A program made the translations under genes and the position numbers. The notes under the pieces are model-generated. The model was not told where the DNA came from. It worked only from the letters and a program-made list of their open reading frames with translations, and searched no databases. A stretch of 64,000 bases of DNA, taken from the NCBI GenBank assembly GCA_040394975.1, contig JBEBRF010000001.1, positions 448-64,447 of the forward strand, read 5' to 3'. The stretch comes from Aequorivita soesokkakensis. Lineage in GTDB: Bacteria; Bacteroidota; Bacteroidia; Flavobacteriales; Flavobacteriaceae. Of this stretch, positions 40,385 through 52,479 are shown piece after piece (position 1 is the first letter of the stretch; each line of letters starts with the position of its first letter).

Positions 40385-43286
40385 ATGAAGACACACGCCC
40401 ACACGCCCACACGCCCACAGAATTCTAATCTGTATAATGTTTGCTCTTACTTCACTTTTCTTGACTGCCCAAAACAATAAGGAGTATTATCTTGAAATAA
40501 AACCAGAGTATAATTTGGGTACCATCCAACAGACCACCAATAATGATGGAACTATTTCAATTACAACTAACATAATCGATTTCTCAAATTTTATTAATAC
40601 AAAAGAAGTTTACTCTTTCAAAAAAGCTTTTCCAACCGCATTAACACCTCGATTGCAAAGAGTTTACACAATAACACTCAATGAAATTGAAAATATTACT
40701 GGATTCTTAAATAGAATTGAAATTGAAAATTTTGCGTCAATCGAAAAAAATATTATTACGGAAGATTTTCTGCTCCTTAATTTTCCAAATGATTATGTGG
40801 ATGCATTAACTGGTGTAAATAATACTTCCTTAGATCTAATTAAGGCACCTCTTGCATGGACAATCACAACTGGAGATCCAGATGTTTTGGTGGGAGTTTC
40901 AGATACAAAATATGATTTTAATCACTATGATTTAACAGGACAAATATTAGATAATATTCAAATAGCTAATAATAATATTACACACGGAACCGGCGTAGCT
41001 GGAATTATTTCCGCTAAGACAAACAATGGACAAGGTGTTTCTAGTTTAGCCTATAACACTAAATTAATTGTTGCAACTTGTTCTACGAATGCTAATAATC
41101 TCATAAATGGATTATTACAACTTTCACAATATCCAGGGGTAAGAGTGATTAATTGTAGTTGGCTAATATGTCAAAACAATCCAAGCAAACCATATTTAGA
41201 TGAGGTTATGGCGGAGGTTAATAGTAATGGTGTATTGGTTGTTGCGTCTGCTGGTAATGGTATTGGAGGCACATCTTGCGGTACAAATGGGAATGGTTAT
41301 GGTTATCCGGCTTCATATGATGAAACAATTTCAGTAACCAGTGTAGGAGACAGATTTCCTATTGGTTATTTTCACGATCTACATGATCCAACAACCGGTG
41401 CGCATTATTGGTGGCGTTCATGGAAAGACTGTTACGCAGGACAACCAGACAATTATTTGGGAGGGCATACGCGCAATTCCAAGGTGGATGTAACCGCTCC
41501 TGGGCAATTAATAATTCAAATTACAGATGATTATAATACCTATCCCGAAGGTTACCGGTTGGGTATTGGCACTTCTGCATCGGCCCCTTTTGTTTCGGCT
41601 CTTGCAGCCCTGATCTTTTCTGTTAATCCAAATTTAACACCTGCCCAGGTTAAGAATATTATCAAGAACACCGCAGATGATATTTATCAAATACCTTACA
41701 ATCAACCTTACATCGGGCAGTTGGGAACTGGAAGGATTAATGCCTTTAGGGCAGTAAAAACAGCACAATGCATGTTAAACCCTACCCCCGGCCTGGATCT
41801 TGCAATGCAAAATTCTGATTTGGACAGTTTTGTAGAGCCAGATGTTGAAACTGACATAGTTTGGAACAGTGAAGATATTTGGGTACGCAACCAAAATGAT
41901 GGCTCTTGGATAGATACCCATCAAAACCCCGTGTATAACTCTGTCAGCCCCAATTATGTGTATGTTCGTGTAACAAACAACAGTTGCGAGACCTCCTCGG
42001 GCACAGACGATTTAAAGCTATATTGGGCCAAGGCAAGCACGTCGCTCTATTGGCCGGATCACTGGAACGGCACCCTCTACATGCCAGATCCCACAAATCC
42101 AAACCCCGTATTGATGGGTGATGAGATAGGCACGCTCGATATTCCTGTTTTGGGCCCGGGCGAAAGCAAAATACTCGAATTCCAATGGGCTGTCCCCAAT
42201 CCACAGGATTATGTTGGCATCAATCCCAATCCGTGGCATTTCTGTTTGCTGGCGCGTATTGACACACCCAACGACCCAATGACCTTTCCCGAAGGAATGA
42301 TAATTACCGAAAATGTAAAAAACAATAATAATCTTGCATGGAAAAACACGACCGTCATAGAAATGGTTCCTAATACCACCTCACAGATTGGTGGCGTGAT
42401 TGCCGTTGGTAATCCTTATTCCTCAACCAAAACCTTTAACCTACAATTTATAAAGGGTAGCAATGAAATAGGGCCCGCCATTTATGAAGAAGCAGAGGTA
42501 AGTGTAGAGATGGATGACGTTTTTTACGATGCATGGGTTAGAGGCGGAATGCAGGGGCAGAACCTCACCACAACCAGTATGGTAAGCAAAAAAAGAATTG
42601 CCACCGGAAACAATATGACGTTAAGCAACATCCTTTTTGACCCTAACGAGATTGGGACTGCTTATGTGAAATTCAATTTCCTGACCGCACAGCTCACGGC
42701 AAAAAAGGATTTTGTTTACCACGCCATCCAGCGCGATGCTCTTACCAATGAAATTCTCGGGGGTGAGACCTATGAAATACACAAACTTCCACGGCCCGTT
42801 TTTGATGCCGATGCAGGGAACGACGAAACCATTGACAGGAGTGAGAGTGTAACTATAAGCGCTGCACAGATCAACGAGGCGGCGGTTTATAATTGGTACG
42901 ACCCTGAGGGAAATCTAATCTACACCGGTACAGAACTTACCGTTTCTCCAGATGTTACTAAGACCTACAAACTTGAAATTATTACCGATACCGATGGCTA
43001 TAAGGATTATGATGAAGTAGAAGTGACCGTCAATCCTTATAAACTGGAAAGCCTTGTTCCCAACCCGGCTACCAGCGAGGTAAGCGTAAACTATATTGCC
43101 GATGAAGCCAGTTCTGCCTATCTAATGGTGGTAAGCACCGTTACAGGCATCTCAAATAATTATATTCTGGATGTCAATGAAACAAGTATAAATCTAAACG
43201 TATCAGGCTATTCATCTGGCATCTATTCCGTGGCATTAGTTTGCGACGGCGAAATCGTTGATTCCAAAAATCTTGCAAAGCAATAA
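40385..43286 (+). CDS. T9SS-secreted S8 (subtilisin-like) peptidase; probable true start out of frame in this sequence
   Basis: Catalytic triad VGVSD, HGTGVAG, GTSASAP; oxyanion ASAGN; C-terminal PNPA...GIYSV sorting domain. Main ORF is 40437-43286; the upstream ATG at 40385 is out of frame across an 8-bp repeat. Confidence 0.88.
40392..40419 (+). repeat. Simple sequence repeat (CACACGCC)3+CACA in signal-peptide coding region
   Basis: Exact units at 40392-40399, 40400-40407 and 40408-40415. Confidence 0.95.
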
Positions 43287-43306
43287 ATCCCTTAAAATTA
43301 TAAATT

Positions 43307-44023
43307 ATGAAAACATTACTATACATTTTAATATTCAGCATTGGCACAATATCCTTTGCGCAAGATCCACAGCTATTTGAGAATGAATGGTATCTGCAAA
43401 AGGTTATTACAGAAGGACAGGAGATTTTTCCCCCATATTCTAATTTTATAGGTAGGTTATATTTAACCGCAGATTTTATTGAAGTCGTTCATCCCAGTTG
43501 TGAAGAAGGATTCTATAATACTGTCGACTATGACTCCAGCAATCCCGTTTTTTCAATTGGTGATGGCGGAGTAATTATTGTCGGAATTTGTGGTGATCCA
43601 GAAGTGATCAACTTTATGAACCAGCATTATGAGGTATATTATTTGGATAATAATTTTGCTAAAAATCCTTTTACATATACCCTCACTTCGGAAAACGGTT
43701 TGATTACTTTGTCAATTCTTAATATGGACGGAGATGAAGCTATTTATGTAAATCAGCTTCTATCTACGCATACTATTTTAGCATCTCAATTTTTAATCCA
43801 CCCCAACCCCGTAAAAGAAAGATTGACCTTAAGCGCAACAAAAGCGACTCCCAATCTAAAAATCAAAATCTTCAACATAGCAGGCAAACTTTTGAGCACC
43901 CAAAATTTTGAGTTCAAAAAGCAGGTTTCTGTAGATGTTTCAAATCTATCAAGTGGCATCTACTTTTTAAACATTCAAGATGAAAGCGGCAATACAGAAG
44001 TAAAAAAATTTATTAAGGAATAA
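43307..44023 (+). CDS. Small T9SS-secreted protein
   Basis: Signal peptide ending SFAQ; C-terminal IHPNPV...SGIYFL...KKFIKE sorting domain. Confidence 0.88.
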   Translation: MKTLLYILIFSIGTISFAQDPQLFENEWYLQKVITEGQEIFPPYSNFIGRLYLTADFIEVVHPSCEEGFYNTVDYDSSNPVFSIGDGGVIIVGICGDPEVINFMNQHYEVYYLDNNFAKNPFTYTLTSENGLITLSILNMDGDEAIYVNQLLSTHTILASQFLIHPNPVKERLTLSATKATPNLKIKIFNIAGKLLSTQNFEFKKQVSVDVSNLSSGIYFLNIQDESGNTEVKKFIKE

Positions 44024-44049
44024 TTTTATTTAGAAGCACCCAGAAACAG

Positions 44050-44079
44050 AAAAGAGGCTGAATTAATTCGGCCTCTTTT
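44050..44079. terminator. Bidirectional terminator
   Basis: aaaagaggc-tgaattaattcg-gcctctttt. Confidence 0.8.
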
Positions 44080-44094
44080 CATATAAAATATTCT

Positions 44095-44895
44095 TTAATC
44101 TATATAATAAACATACCCAATATTCAACCAATATATCCATTCATTGGCCTTGTTCTCTGGAACTTGTTTCGTTCCATTGTTTTCAAAGCTGGGGTTAAGT
44201 CCATCCAAATAGTCGGTAAAATAATATTCCCAGCGACTGTCAAGCATTAAATCGCTCATAGGAGTCAACTTATAGCGAATCCCTACACTGCCCACCATTG
44301 CCCAGGTGGAAGCGGCGCCTTGCTGAAATGAGTTATAATATTTGTCCGGAGTTGAAACGGGGGTATTCAGCGGTCCGAAGGAAGATTCCACTTCGGTGGT
44401 ATAACTCACCCAATGCACACCGAAACTAATAAAAGGAGCTATTTTATAACCCCCTGCCGCAAAATCGCGGATGCTCAAAGGAAAATATTCCAGTTGTGAA
44501 CCTATTTCGAAAACAGAGGTGGACCCGCTCATGGCGCGTAACTGATCTGCAAATAAGGAAGTTTCGTCAGCTTCGACCCATCGTCCAAAATGCTTTAAAT
44601 TGGTTTTGTGGTAATCAATTTCATTTCGAACTTTAAAGTGGTCGTTAAAATAGGTATCGCGGGTATAACAGTTACAGTCCGCGCGGTAAGAGAAGTTTAA
44701 ATAGTGGATGAGCCCCACACCGAAACCGGTGTTTTTAGCATTGGTCTCAAAATTGTTACGCTGCCCAAAATCTGAATAAAAAACAACAGGGCCGGTAATA
44801 ACACCCAGTTCGTGAGAAAAGCCAAATTGACCGTACCCCTCTTGCTTAGACAAAACCAACAAGAAAAATACCAATAGCAAAAATCTGGTATTCAT
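44095..44895 (-). CDS. Outer-membrane beta-barrel protein (THC0290_0291-like family)
   Basis: Signal peptide, SDFGQR, alternating aromatic strands, terminal IGYVYYID; divergent from gdhA. Confidence 0.75.
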   Translation of the reverse strand: MNTRFLLLVFFLLVLSKQEGYGQFGFSHELGVITGPVVFYSDFGQRNNFETNAKNTGFGVGLIHYLNFSYRADCNCYTRDTYFNDHFKVRNEIDYHKTNLKHFGRWVEADETSLFADQLRAMSGSTSVFEIGSQLEYFPLSIRDFAAGGYKIAPFISFGVHWVSYTTEVESSFGPLNTPVSTPDKYYNSFQQGAASTWAMVGSVGIRYKLTPMSDLMLDSRWEYYFTDYLDGLNPSFENNGTKQVPENKANEWIYWLNIGYVYYID

Positions 44896-45052
44896 TATAA
44901 ATATGGGTTTAGATTGAGACATAACAAATATATAAAAACATGTTCAACAGCGAAATTTAATAAAACTATTTAGCTTAAATGTTAAAAAATTGCACACTCT
45001 TTTTTCCATAACGCTTATATTTGTGCCTTCCTTATATATAGGTATAATTTAA

Positions 45053-46495
<1,443 letters not shown>

Positions 46496-46624
46496 GTTGC
46501 TCAAAAACCAAACAATTAAAGCCTTTCCGCATATCTTTTTTTTGAAGGATATGGAAGGGCTTTTTCGTTCCTATACAGCAATAAATAGTATTTTAGCGTG
46601 TTAATAAACAAAAATCGGTTATAT

Positions 46625-48922
46625 ATGAAGCGGTGGATTATCGTTATTCTTTTCCTGATTCCATGCCTAACAATCGCCCAAAATTTTGAGGATGGGTGGA
46701 CTGGACACTTTTCGTATGTGTCTGTGAAAGACATTTCTCAGGGAAACAATAAAATTTTTGTCGGCGCCGAAAACGCTGTTTTTATATACAATCTTTCAAC
46801 GCGGCAGATAAAAACCCTTTCCACCATAAACGGGCTTTCCGGAGAATTTATAACAACGGTCCATTATAGCGAGGCTTTTAAATTGTTGATAATTGGCTAT
46901 GAAAATGGCATGATAGAAATTGTGAAGGACGGCGATGAAAACATCCTGAAAGTGGTAGATATTTTGGAAAAACAAACCATACCGCCAGACCGAAAGCGCA
47001 TCAACAATTTCAATGAATATAATGGAAAAGTTTACATTGCCACACAATATGGCATTTCGGTGTATGATCTTGCGCGTTTTGAGTTTGGCGACACCTATTT
47101 TATTGGTGACGGCGGCAGCCAGATTGACATTGTGCAAACGGTAGTGAAAGAACCTTATATTTTCGCTGCGGGATCTGCCAATGGAATGCGAAGAGCATTA
47201 GTGGCGGATGACAATTTAATTGATTACCAAAACTGGACCACAATACTTAGCGGCGGATTTAGGGCAGCTGAAAAATTGGGAAACGAATTGTATGCCTCAA
47301 ACCGATCCAATACTATATTAAGGTTTACGCCCCAAGGAACCACAAACGTGGTGACTACTTTTAGTTCCGAAGTGCAAAAATTTAGACTGGCAGATAATTT
47401 ATTGACTATTACAACCAAAAATTCCATCCAAGCCTATTCCGCAGGATTTGTTGAAGCTTCAGCCGTCACCAATGTTCAAGGTTATGAACTCAACCTTCAG
47501 TCCGGATTTGCTTTCGGGAACAATTTTTATTTGGGAACAGCGGAAGACGGCGTTTTAATTGTTCCATTCGGAAGTACATTGCCCACACAAATACTGCCCA
47601 ACGGCCCCGTCAGAAACAGTCCTTTTGCACTCGATGCCGCACCCGGACAACTGTGGGTGTCTTTCGGAGAAGTGGACGTTGATTTCAATCCCTACCCGCT
47701 GTCCAGATATGGCGTTAGCCATTTGAAAGACACCTTGTGGAATAATATTCACTTCGAAGACATGGCGGCCGCCACGGGAGGAGAGCCCACCGATCTAATA
47801 AAAGTTACCATAAACCCCACCAACCAAAATGAAGTTTTTATGAGTTCCTTTGAAAAAGGACTGTTAAAAATAGTTGATGACACTCCCAAAATATTGTACA
47901 ATGAAACAAACAGTGGGCTTGAAAAAGCTATCATTAATGGAATTGATGCAGGAATTAGGATCTACGGGTCACAATTTGATAGCCAAGGCAACCTATGGAT
48001 GGTTCAAAGTAAAACCGATGAAGGGCTCCTAAAATTTTCACCGGGAGGACAGTTCCAAAAAATCGATATATCTGGCATTATCAACCCAATCTCAGAGCTG
48101 GCACTAACCAAATTGGTTATAAACAATGACAACACCATATTTTTTGGATCCTATCAAAACGGACTGATAGGATATAACCCCCGGACCGAAGCCTTAAATA
48201 AAATGGGAGAAGGTGCAGGCAACGGAAATCTTCCGGCCACCGGCGTGAGAGCCTTAGCCCTCGATGCCCAAAACAGACTGTGGATCGGCACGCTGCACGG
48301 GCTTCGCGTATTGTACAGCCCCGGAAGTTTTTTTGACCAAGGCACCACCCCCGAATCCCAAGCAATTATCATTCTTGAAAATGGTGTGGCGCAGGAGCTA
48401 TTGTATGAACAGTCCATCACGGATATTGAGGTGGACGGCTCAAATAACAAATGGATAGCCACAGCTACCTCCGGTGTGTTCTATTTGTCACCCAACGGAC
48501 AGGAAACCCTATTGCGCTTCACGAAAGACAATTCGCCACTGCCCACAAATAATGTGCAGGACATCGCCATTGATCCATTCACTGGGGTGGTTTATTTTGC
48601 AACCACCCAAGGTTTGGTAGCCTATCGCGGAAGCGCCACTGCACCCAGTGATAATTTGGAAAATGTCCATGCCTTTCCCAATCCCGTGAGACCGGGTTTC
48701 CATGGAAATGTAACAATAGATGGCCTCACGGCCCGGGCCAACGTAAAAATAACCGATATAAATGGAAGTCTTGTTTTTGAAGAAACCTCTGAAGGGGGAA
48801 GCGTATTGTGGGACACCACAGCTTTTGGAAAATACAAGGTTCGGTCCGGAGTTTATTTGGTATTGGTAACAACTGATGACAGTGCCGAGACCAAGGTTTC
48901 CAAAATAATGATAATCCGCTGA
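46625..48922 (+). CDS. porZ: T9SS anionic-LPS delivery protein PorZ
   Basis: W..HFSY N-terminus, beta-propeller repeats, C-terminal AFPNPVRP domain; directly upstream of recO. Confidence 0.85.
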   Translation: MKRWIIVILFLIPCLTIAQNFEDGWTGHFSYVSVKDISQGNNKIFVGAENAVFIYNLSTRQIKTLSTINGLSGEFITTVHYSEAFKLLIIGYENGMIEIVKDGDENILKVVDILEKQTIPPDRKRINNFNEYNGKVYIATQYGISVYDLARFEFGDTYFIGDGGSQIDIVQTVVKEPYIFAAGSANGMRRALVADDNLIDYQNWTTILSGGFRAAEKLGNELYASNRSNTILRFTPQGTTNVVTTFSSEVQKFRLADNLLTITTKNSIQAYSAGFVEASAVTNVQGYELNLQSGFAFGNNFYLGTAEDGVLIVPFGSTLPTQILPNGPVRNSPFALDAAPGQLWVSFGEVDVDFNPYPLSRYGVSHLKDTLWNNIHFEDMAAATGGEPTDLIKVTINPTNQNEVFMSSFEKGLLKIVDDTPKILYNETNSGLEKAIINGIDAGIRIYGSQFDSQGNLWMVQSKTDEGLLKFSPGGQFQKIDISGIINPISELALTKLVINNDNTIFFGSYQNGLIGYNPRTEALNKMGEGAGNGNLPATGVRALALDAQNRLWIGTLHGLRVLYSPGSFFDQGTTPESQAIIILENGVAQELLYEQSITDIEVDGSNNKWIATATSGVFYLSPNGQETLLRFTKDNSPLPTNNVQDIAIDPFTGVVYFATTQGLVAYRGSATAPSDNLENVHAFPNPVRPGFHGNVTIDGLTARANVKITDINGSLVFEETSEGGSVLWDTTAFGKYKVRSGVYLVLVTTDDSAETKVSKIMIIR

Positions 48923-49641
48923 TGGTCATTGCTACCCGGGCCATAGTGTTTTCAGCCATAAAATATTCCGAAGCAGATCTTATTGTTAGTTGCTATACCC
49001 AACTTGCGGGAATAAAAACCTATTTGTTGCGCAATATCCTGAAGTCAAAAAAAGGCAAGATAAAGGCTTCCTACTTTCAGCCCCTCACCCAGTTGGAACT
49101 CATTGCGGAACACAAAAACAAAGGAACGCTGGAATATATAAAAGAAGCAAAAGTCCTGCATCCATATCAATCCTTGCACACAGACATTGTAAAATCTGGC
49201 TTGGTAATGTTTTTATCTGAAATATTGAAAAATTGTATCCGTGAGGAAGAGGCCAATGAAGATCTCTATGATTTTGTGGAGCATGCATTTCTTTGGCTCG
49301 ACCAAAATGACGAAGTTGCCAATTTCCACATTTATTTTTTGTTGCAATTGAGCCAGCATTTGGGTTTTTTTCCCAATGCTTCACAGATTGAATCACCTTA
49401 CTTTAATATTACGGAAGGCAATTTTCAAACAGTCAACACCGGCAATTATTGTTTGCAGGGCCCGGAGGTTGAAAATTTCAAAAAATTCTTCACGGTAACT
49501 TCGGAAAATCTCAATTCTGTAAAACTTTCAAAAAAGGCGCGCCATAATTTGTTGGAACTTATCTTAGCCTATTATGGTTTTCATGTGCAGGGCTACCAAA
49601 AGCCCAAATCATTGGCAGTGCTCAACCAATTGTTTTCCTGA
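48922..49641 (+). CDS. recO: DNA repair protein RecO
   Basis: TRAIV..IKYSEADLIV..YT, FQPLTQL, LGFFP, KSLAVL. Confidence 0.92.
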   Translation: MVIATRAIVFSAIKYSEADLIVSCYTQLAGIKTYLLRNILKSKKGKIKASYFQPLTQLELIAEHKNKGTLEYIKEAKVLHPYQSLHTDIVKSGLVMFLSEILKNCIREEEANEDLYDFVEHAFLWLDQNDEVANFHIYFLLQLSQHLGFFPNASQIESPYFNITEGNFQTVNTGNYCLQGPEVENFKKFFTVTSENLNSVKLSKKARHNLLELILAYYGFHVQGYQKPKSLAVLNQLFS

Positions 49642-49655
49642 ATTGGAAAAAAATC

Positions 49656-50221
49656 CTAAAATTCCAGTTGAAGGTGTTCATACTTGCAATTGCCCAGTTG
49701 CTTTTTGCCCACACTTTCAAAACCTAATTTTGAATACAACTTCTTGGCGCCGGGGTTATTGAAATCTACCAAAAGACCAATTCTTTTATGATTGGAAAGC
49801 TTGGCGTTTTCTATTGCCGCCGCCAATAATTGTGTGCCAATTCCCCTTCCTTGTTGGTCTGTATCTACACTTACAGTGTCTATATATACTTCATCCGCGG
49901 TGGTTTCATGTTCAATCACCACCTCTGCCACCTTGTATTTTTCGGAAATATATTCAAAAAAGGTTTTCTGTACTGGGGCAGTAAAGCGCCGTCATAAAAG
50001 GTTATAGACCCTAAAAGGTTCCCCGTTTCTTCATAGACCAAAGTGTGTTCAAAACTGTATTGATTTGCTTTTTGCTGAAAAAAATGTTCAAATAGCGGAA
50101 TGGCCAAGTTTGGATCCTGTGCATTGACAAAGGTGCAGGCCAAATCTTCCATGGCTTGCACAATCAAGGGGGCAACAGCTTTGAAGTCCCCCGGCCGGGC
50201 CGGACGGATTTTATTCATCAT
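49656..50221 (-). pseudogene. GNAT-family acetyltransferase split by a 1-nt frameshift
   Basis: ORFs 49916-50221 and 49656-49931 join (YRKPF-F-EYISEKYKVAEVVIEHET...YIDTVSV...QGRGIG) if one base is added at the A6 run 49956-49961. Confidence 0.8.
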
Positions 50222-50253
50222 TAAAATATATTCTAAAAAAAGGATACTGCTCG

Positions 50254-50736
50254 TTACAACCCTTTTATCGGCAATACGGTTGGAAGCGGGTTATTATTGA
50301 ATTCTGGGGCCTTTGCCTCTCTGTCGAAAAGTGGATAGAAATCCATTACATTTTTCACTCCATCAAGGGAACATAAATAGGCCACCGCAGCACACAGGCC
50401 GTTGAATAGCGTTTCTTGGGAAGTCGGGTTCTTGGGTTTTGCATTTCTTGAATTTAGCGGAAGCCTATAGCCGCACCCCTTTAAAAATTCAGCTTCAATT
50501 TTTAAAAGTTCCGATGGGGAATAGCCGTAAAACCTTCGCCCCAAACGTTGATGCACAAGCCCAACATAATTTAATTGTAAGGAACCGTGATTGTCAGTCA
50601 GGTGCTTCCAGCTATCAACATTGTCACAAATATTGCCCACTGCGCAATGACTGCAGCACTCCGGATTTAAGGAATGGCTATGGAAAGCATTGTACAATTT
50701 TTCAAGTGCGGCGTCCAGTCTTTGAGTAGTTTTCAT
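50254..50736 (-). CDS. Conserved Cys-rich hypothetical protein
   Basis: PECCSHCAVGNIC motif, EAEFLKGCG, LCSLDG. Confidence 0.8.
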   Translation of the reverse strand: MKTTQRLDAALEKLYNAFHSHSLNPECCSHCAVGNICDNVDSWKHLTDNHGSLQLNYVGLVHQRLGRRFYGYSPSELLKIEAEFLKGCGYRLPLNSRNAKPKNPTSQETLFNGLCAAVAYLCSLDGVKNVMDFYPLFDREAKAPEFNNNPLPTVLPIKGL

Positions 50737-50827
50737 AGTGAATATTTTTTGCTTCTATGAAATTAAGAAAATGTTGATACCATTCAAAACAATTACCAAC
50801 TTTTTAAGAATGCACCGCAACGAAATT

Positions 50828-52396
50828 CTATTTAAGGCGCACAAACTCCAAATCCTGAAAATCATAACTGAAATCGGTCAAAGGTGAAATGGCGCTGATT
50901 GAAAACCCATCTGCCCTGCCTGCTGTGTCCAAACTGAAAGTAATGAACGCATCTGCTTTTAGCGAAGCATCGTGCCAGCGCACCACATAAGTTGTTCCTT
51001 TATAAAAAGCCATATCTCCCGTTAGATCCGGAGATTTATCGGCCCTAAAATGCAGTCCTCCATTTTGAAGGTTAATAAAAACCTTGCCGAACCAATTGTC
51101 AATATAAGTACCGGCGAAATCTGCAGGGTTGGGTTTTGGGGCCTTGCTTTTAAGTTGTGCCGCAATATTCTTTTCCACTGCTGAAACGATGCTGTCTTCT
51201 TTCTTTTCGTTGGCCAATCTGCGTTCGTTGTATTGTTTTATTCTGTCTTCACCTTTAATCCCGAAAAAGCCATCCTTAATTGAATTGGTAATAGCAGTGA
51301 ATGCGGCACCGCTCTGTTGGTTTGTGAGCACGATAATGCCCAACTCCAATTCGGGCAACAACGTCACTTGGCTTACGATTCCGTTCAATCCGCCGGTGTG
51401 TGTAACTTGAAAATGTCCGTTTACGTCACTTAAAAACCACCCCAATCCATAGGCCGAAAAATGCGTATTGTAGGGTCCTTTTCCACTTCTAATGAGCGTT
51501 TGTGGCGTCCACATTTCGCGCTGGGTTTTAGTGCTGAACAGGCTATCTTTTAAATTTTCGCCATACTTTCCTTCGTTGAGGAGAGCCTGCACCCACGTGC
51601 TCATATCATTTATTGATGCATAAATTCCACCGGCAGGAGTGGCAATTTGGGTGAAGGTGTCTGCGGTTAATTCCAACGTTCCGTTTACGGGGGCGTGCCC
51701 GTCAATTCTATTTTCATCTGCCTTGATTTGTGAAATGGAAAGAAAGGAACGATCCATTTTCAAAGGCCGGAAGAAATTTTCTGCGAGATAATCGTCGAAC
51801 TCTTTTCCCGAGACCCTTGAGACTATTTCGCCTGCAACAATGTATAGCAAGTTGTCATAATCAAACTTGCTTCGGAAGGAAGAAACCGGTTTTAGAAACC
51901 GCAGATTGTGTATCATTTCAGTTTTGGTGGTGGTATTATTGGCTGGAAAGACCATCAAATCACCGGCGCCAAGGCCAAGGCCACTTCGGTGGGTCACGAG
52001 GTCGCGCACAGTAAATTCACGAGTTACATAAGGATCTGAAAGTTGGAATTCCGGGATGATGTTTGTCACTTTCGTGTCCCAAGTCAACTTTCCCTTTTCA
52101 ATTAACTGCCCCAACGCTGCCGTGGTAAACGCTTTGGTGTTTGAAGCTACCCCAAAAAGTGTGTTTTCGTTTACGGTCGCTTTCGTTTTAAGGGAGCGGA
52201 CCCCATAGGTATTTTTGTGGAAGATTTTGCCGTCTTTTATAACCGCTACCGCCACGCCGGGCACATCAAAAGTTTTCATCGTTTTTTGTACGACACTGTC
52301 AATTTGCGAATTGCTCAATTGTTGTGCGGAACTACCGAAACTTAAAAGGAATAAAAAAGCGCTGGGTGCGAGGTTTTTGATGAAGCGTGTTTGCAT
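50828..52396 (-). CDS. Serine hydrolase (beta-lactamase/AmpC-like) with DUF3471-type C-terminal domain
   Basis: SNTK (SxxK), LVTHRSG, YDN (YxN), HTGG; signal peptide. Confidence 0.9.
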   Translation of the reverse strand: MQTRFIKNLAPSAFLFLLSFGSSAQQLSNSQIDSVVQKTMKTFDVPGVAVAVIKDGKIFHKNTYGVRSLKTKATVNENTLFGVASNTKAFTTAALGQLIEKGKLTWDTKVTNIIPEFQLSDPYVTREFTVRDLVTHRSGLGLGAGDLMVFPANNTTTKTEMIHNLRFLKPVSSFRSKFDYDNLLYIVAGEIVSRVSGKEFDDYLAENFFRPLKMDRSFLSISQIKADENRIDGHAPVNGTLELTADTFTQIATPAGGIYASINDMSTWVQALLNEGKYGENLKDSLFSTKTQREMWTPQTLIRSGKGPYNTHFSAYGLGWFLSDVNGHFQVTHTGGLNGIVSQVTLLPELELGIIVLTNQQSGAAFTAITNSIKDGFFGIKGEDRIKQYNERRLANEKKEDSIVSAVEKNIAAQLKSKAPKPNPADFAGTYIDNWFGKVFINLQNGGLHFRADKSPDLTGDMAFYKGTTYVVRWHDASLKADAFITFSLDTAGRADGFSISAISPLTDFSYDFQDLEFVRLK

Positions 52397-52479
52397 AAAA
52401 ATAATATTAAAAGTGAAAGGCGCATAGATAGCACCACAACAAAAGTTTTATCGCGTTTTTGAAACGGGTGTACCTATCG

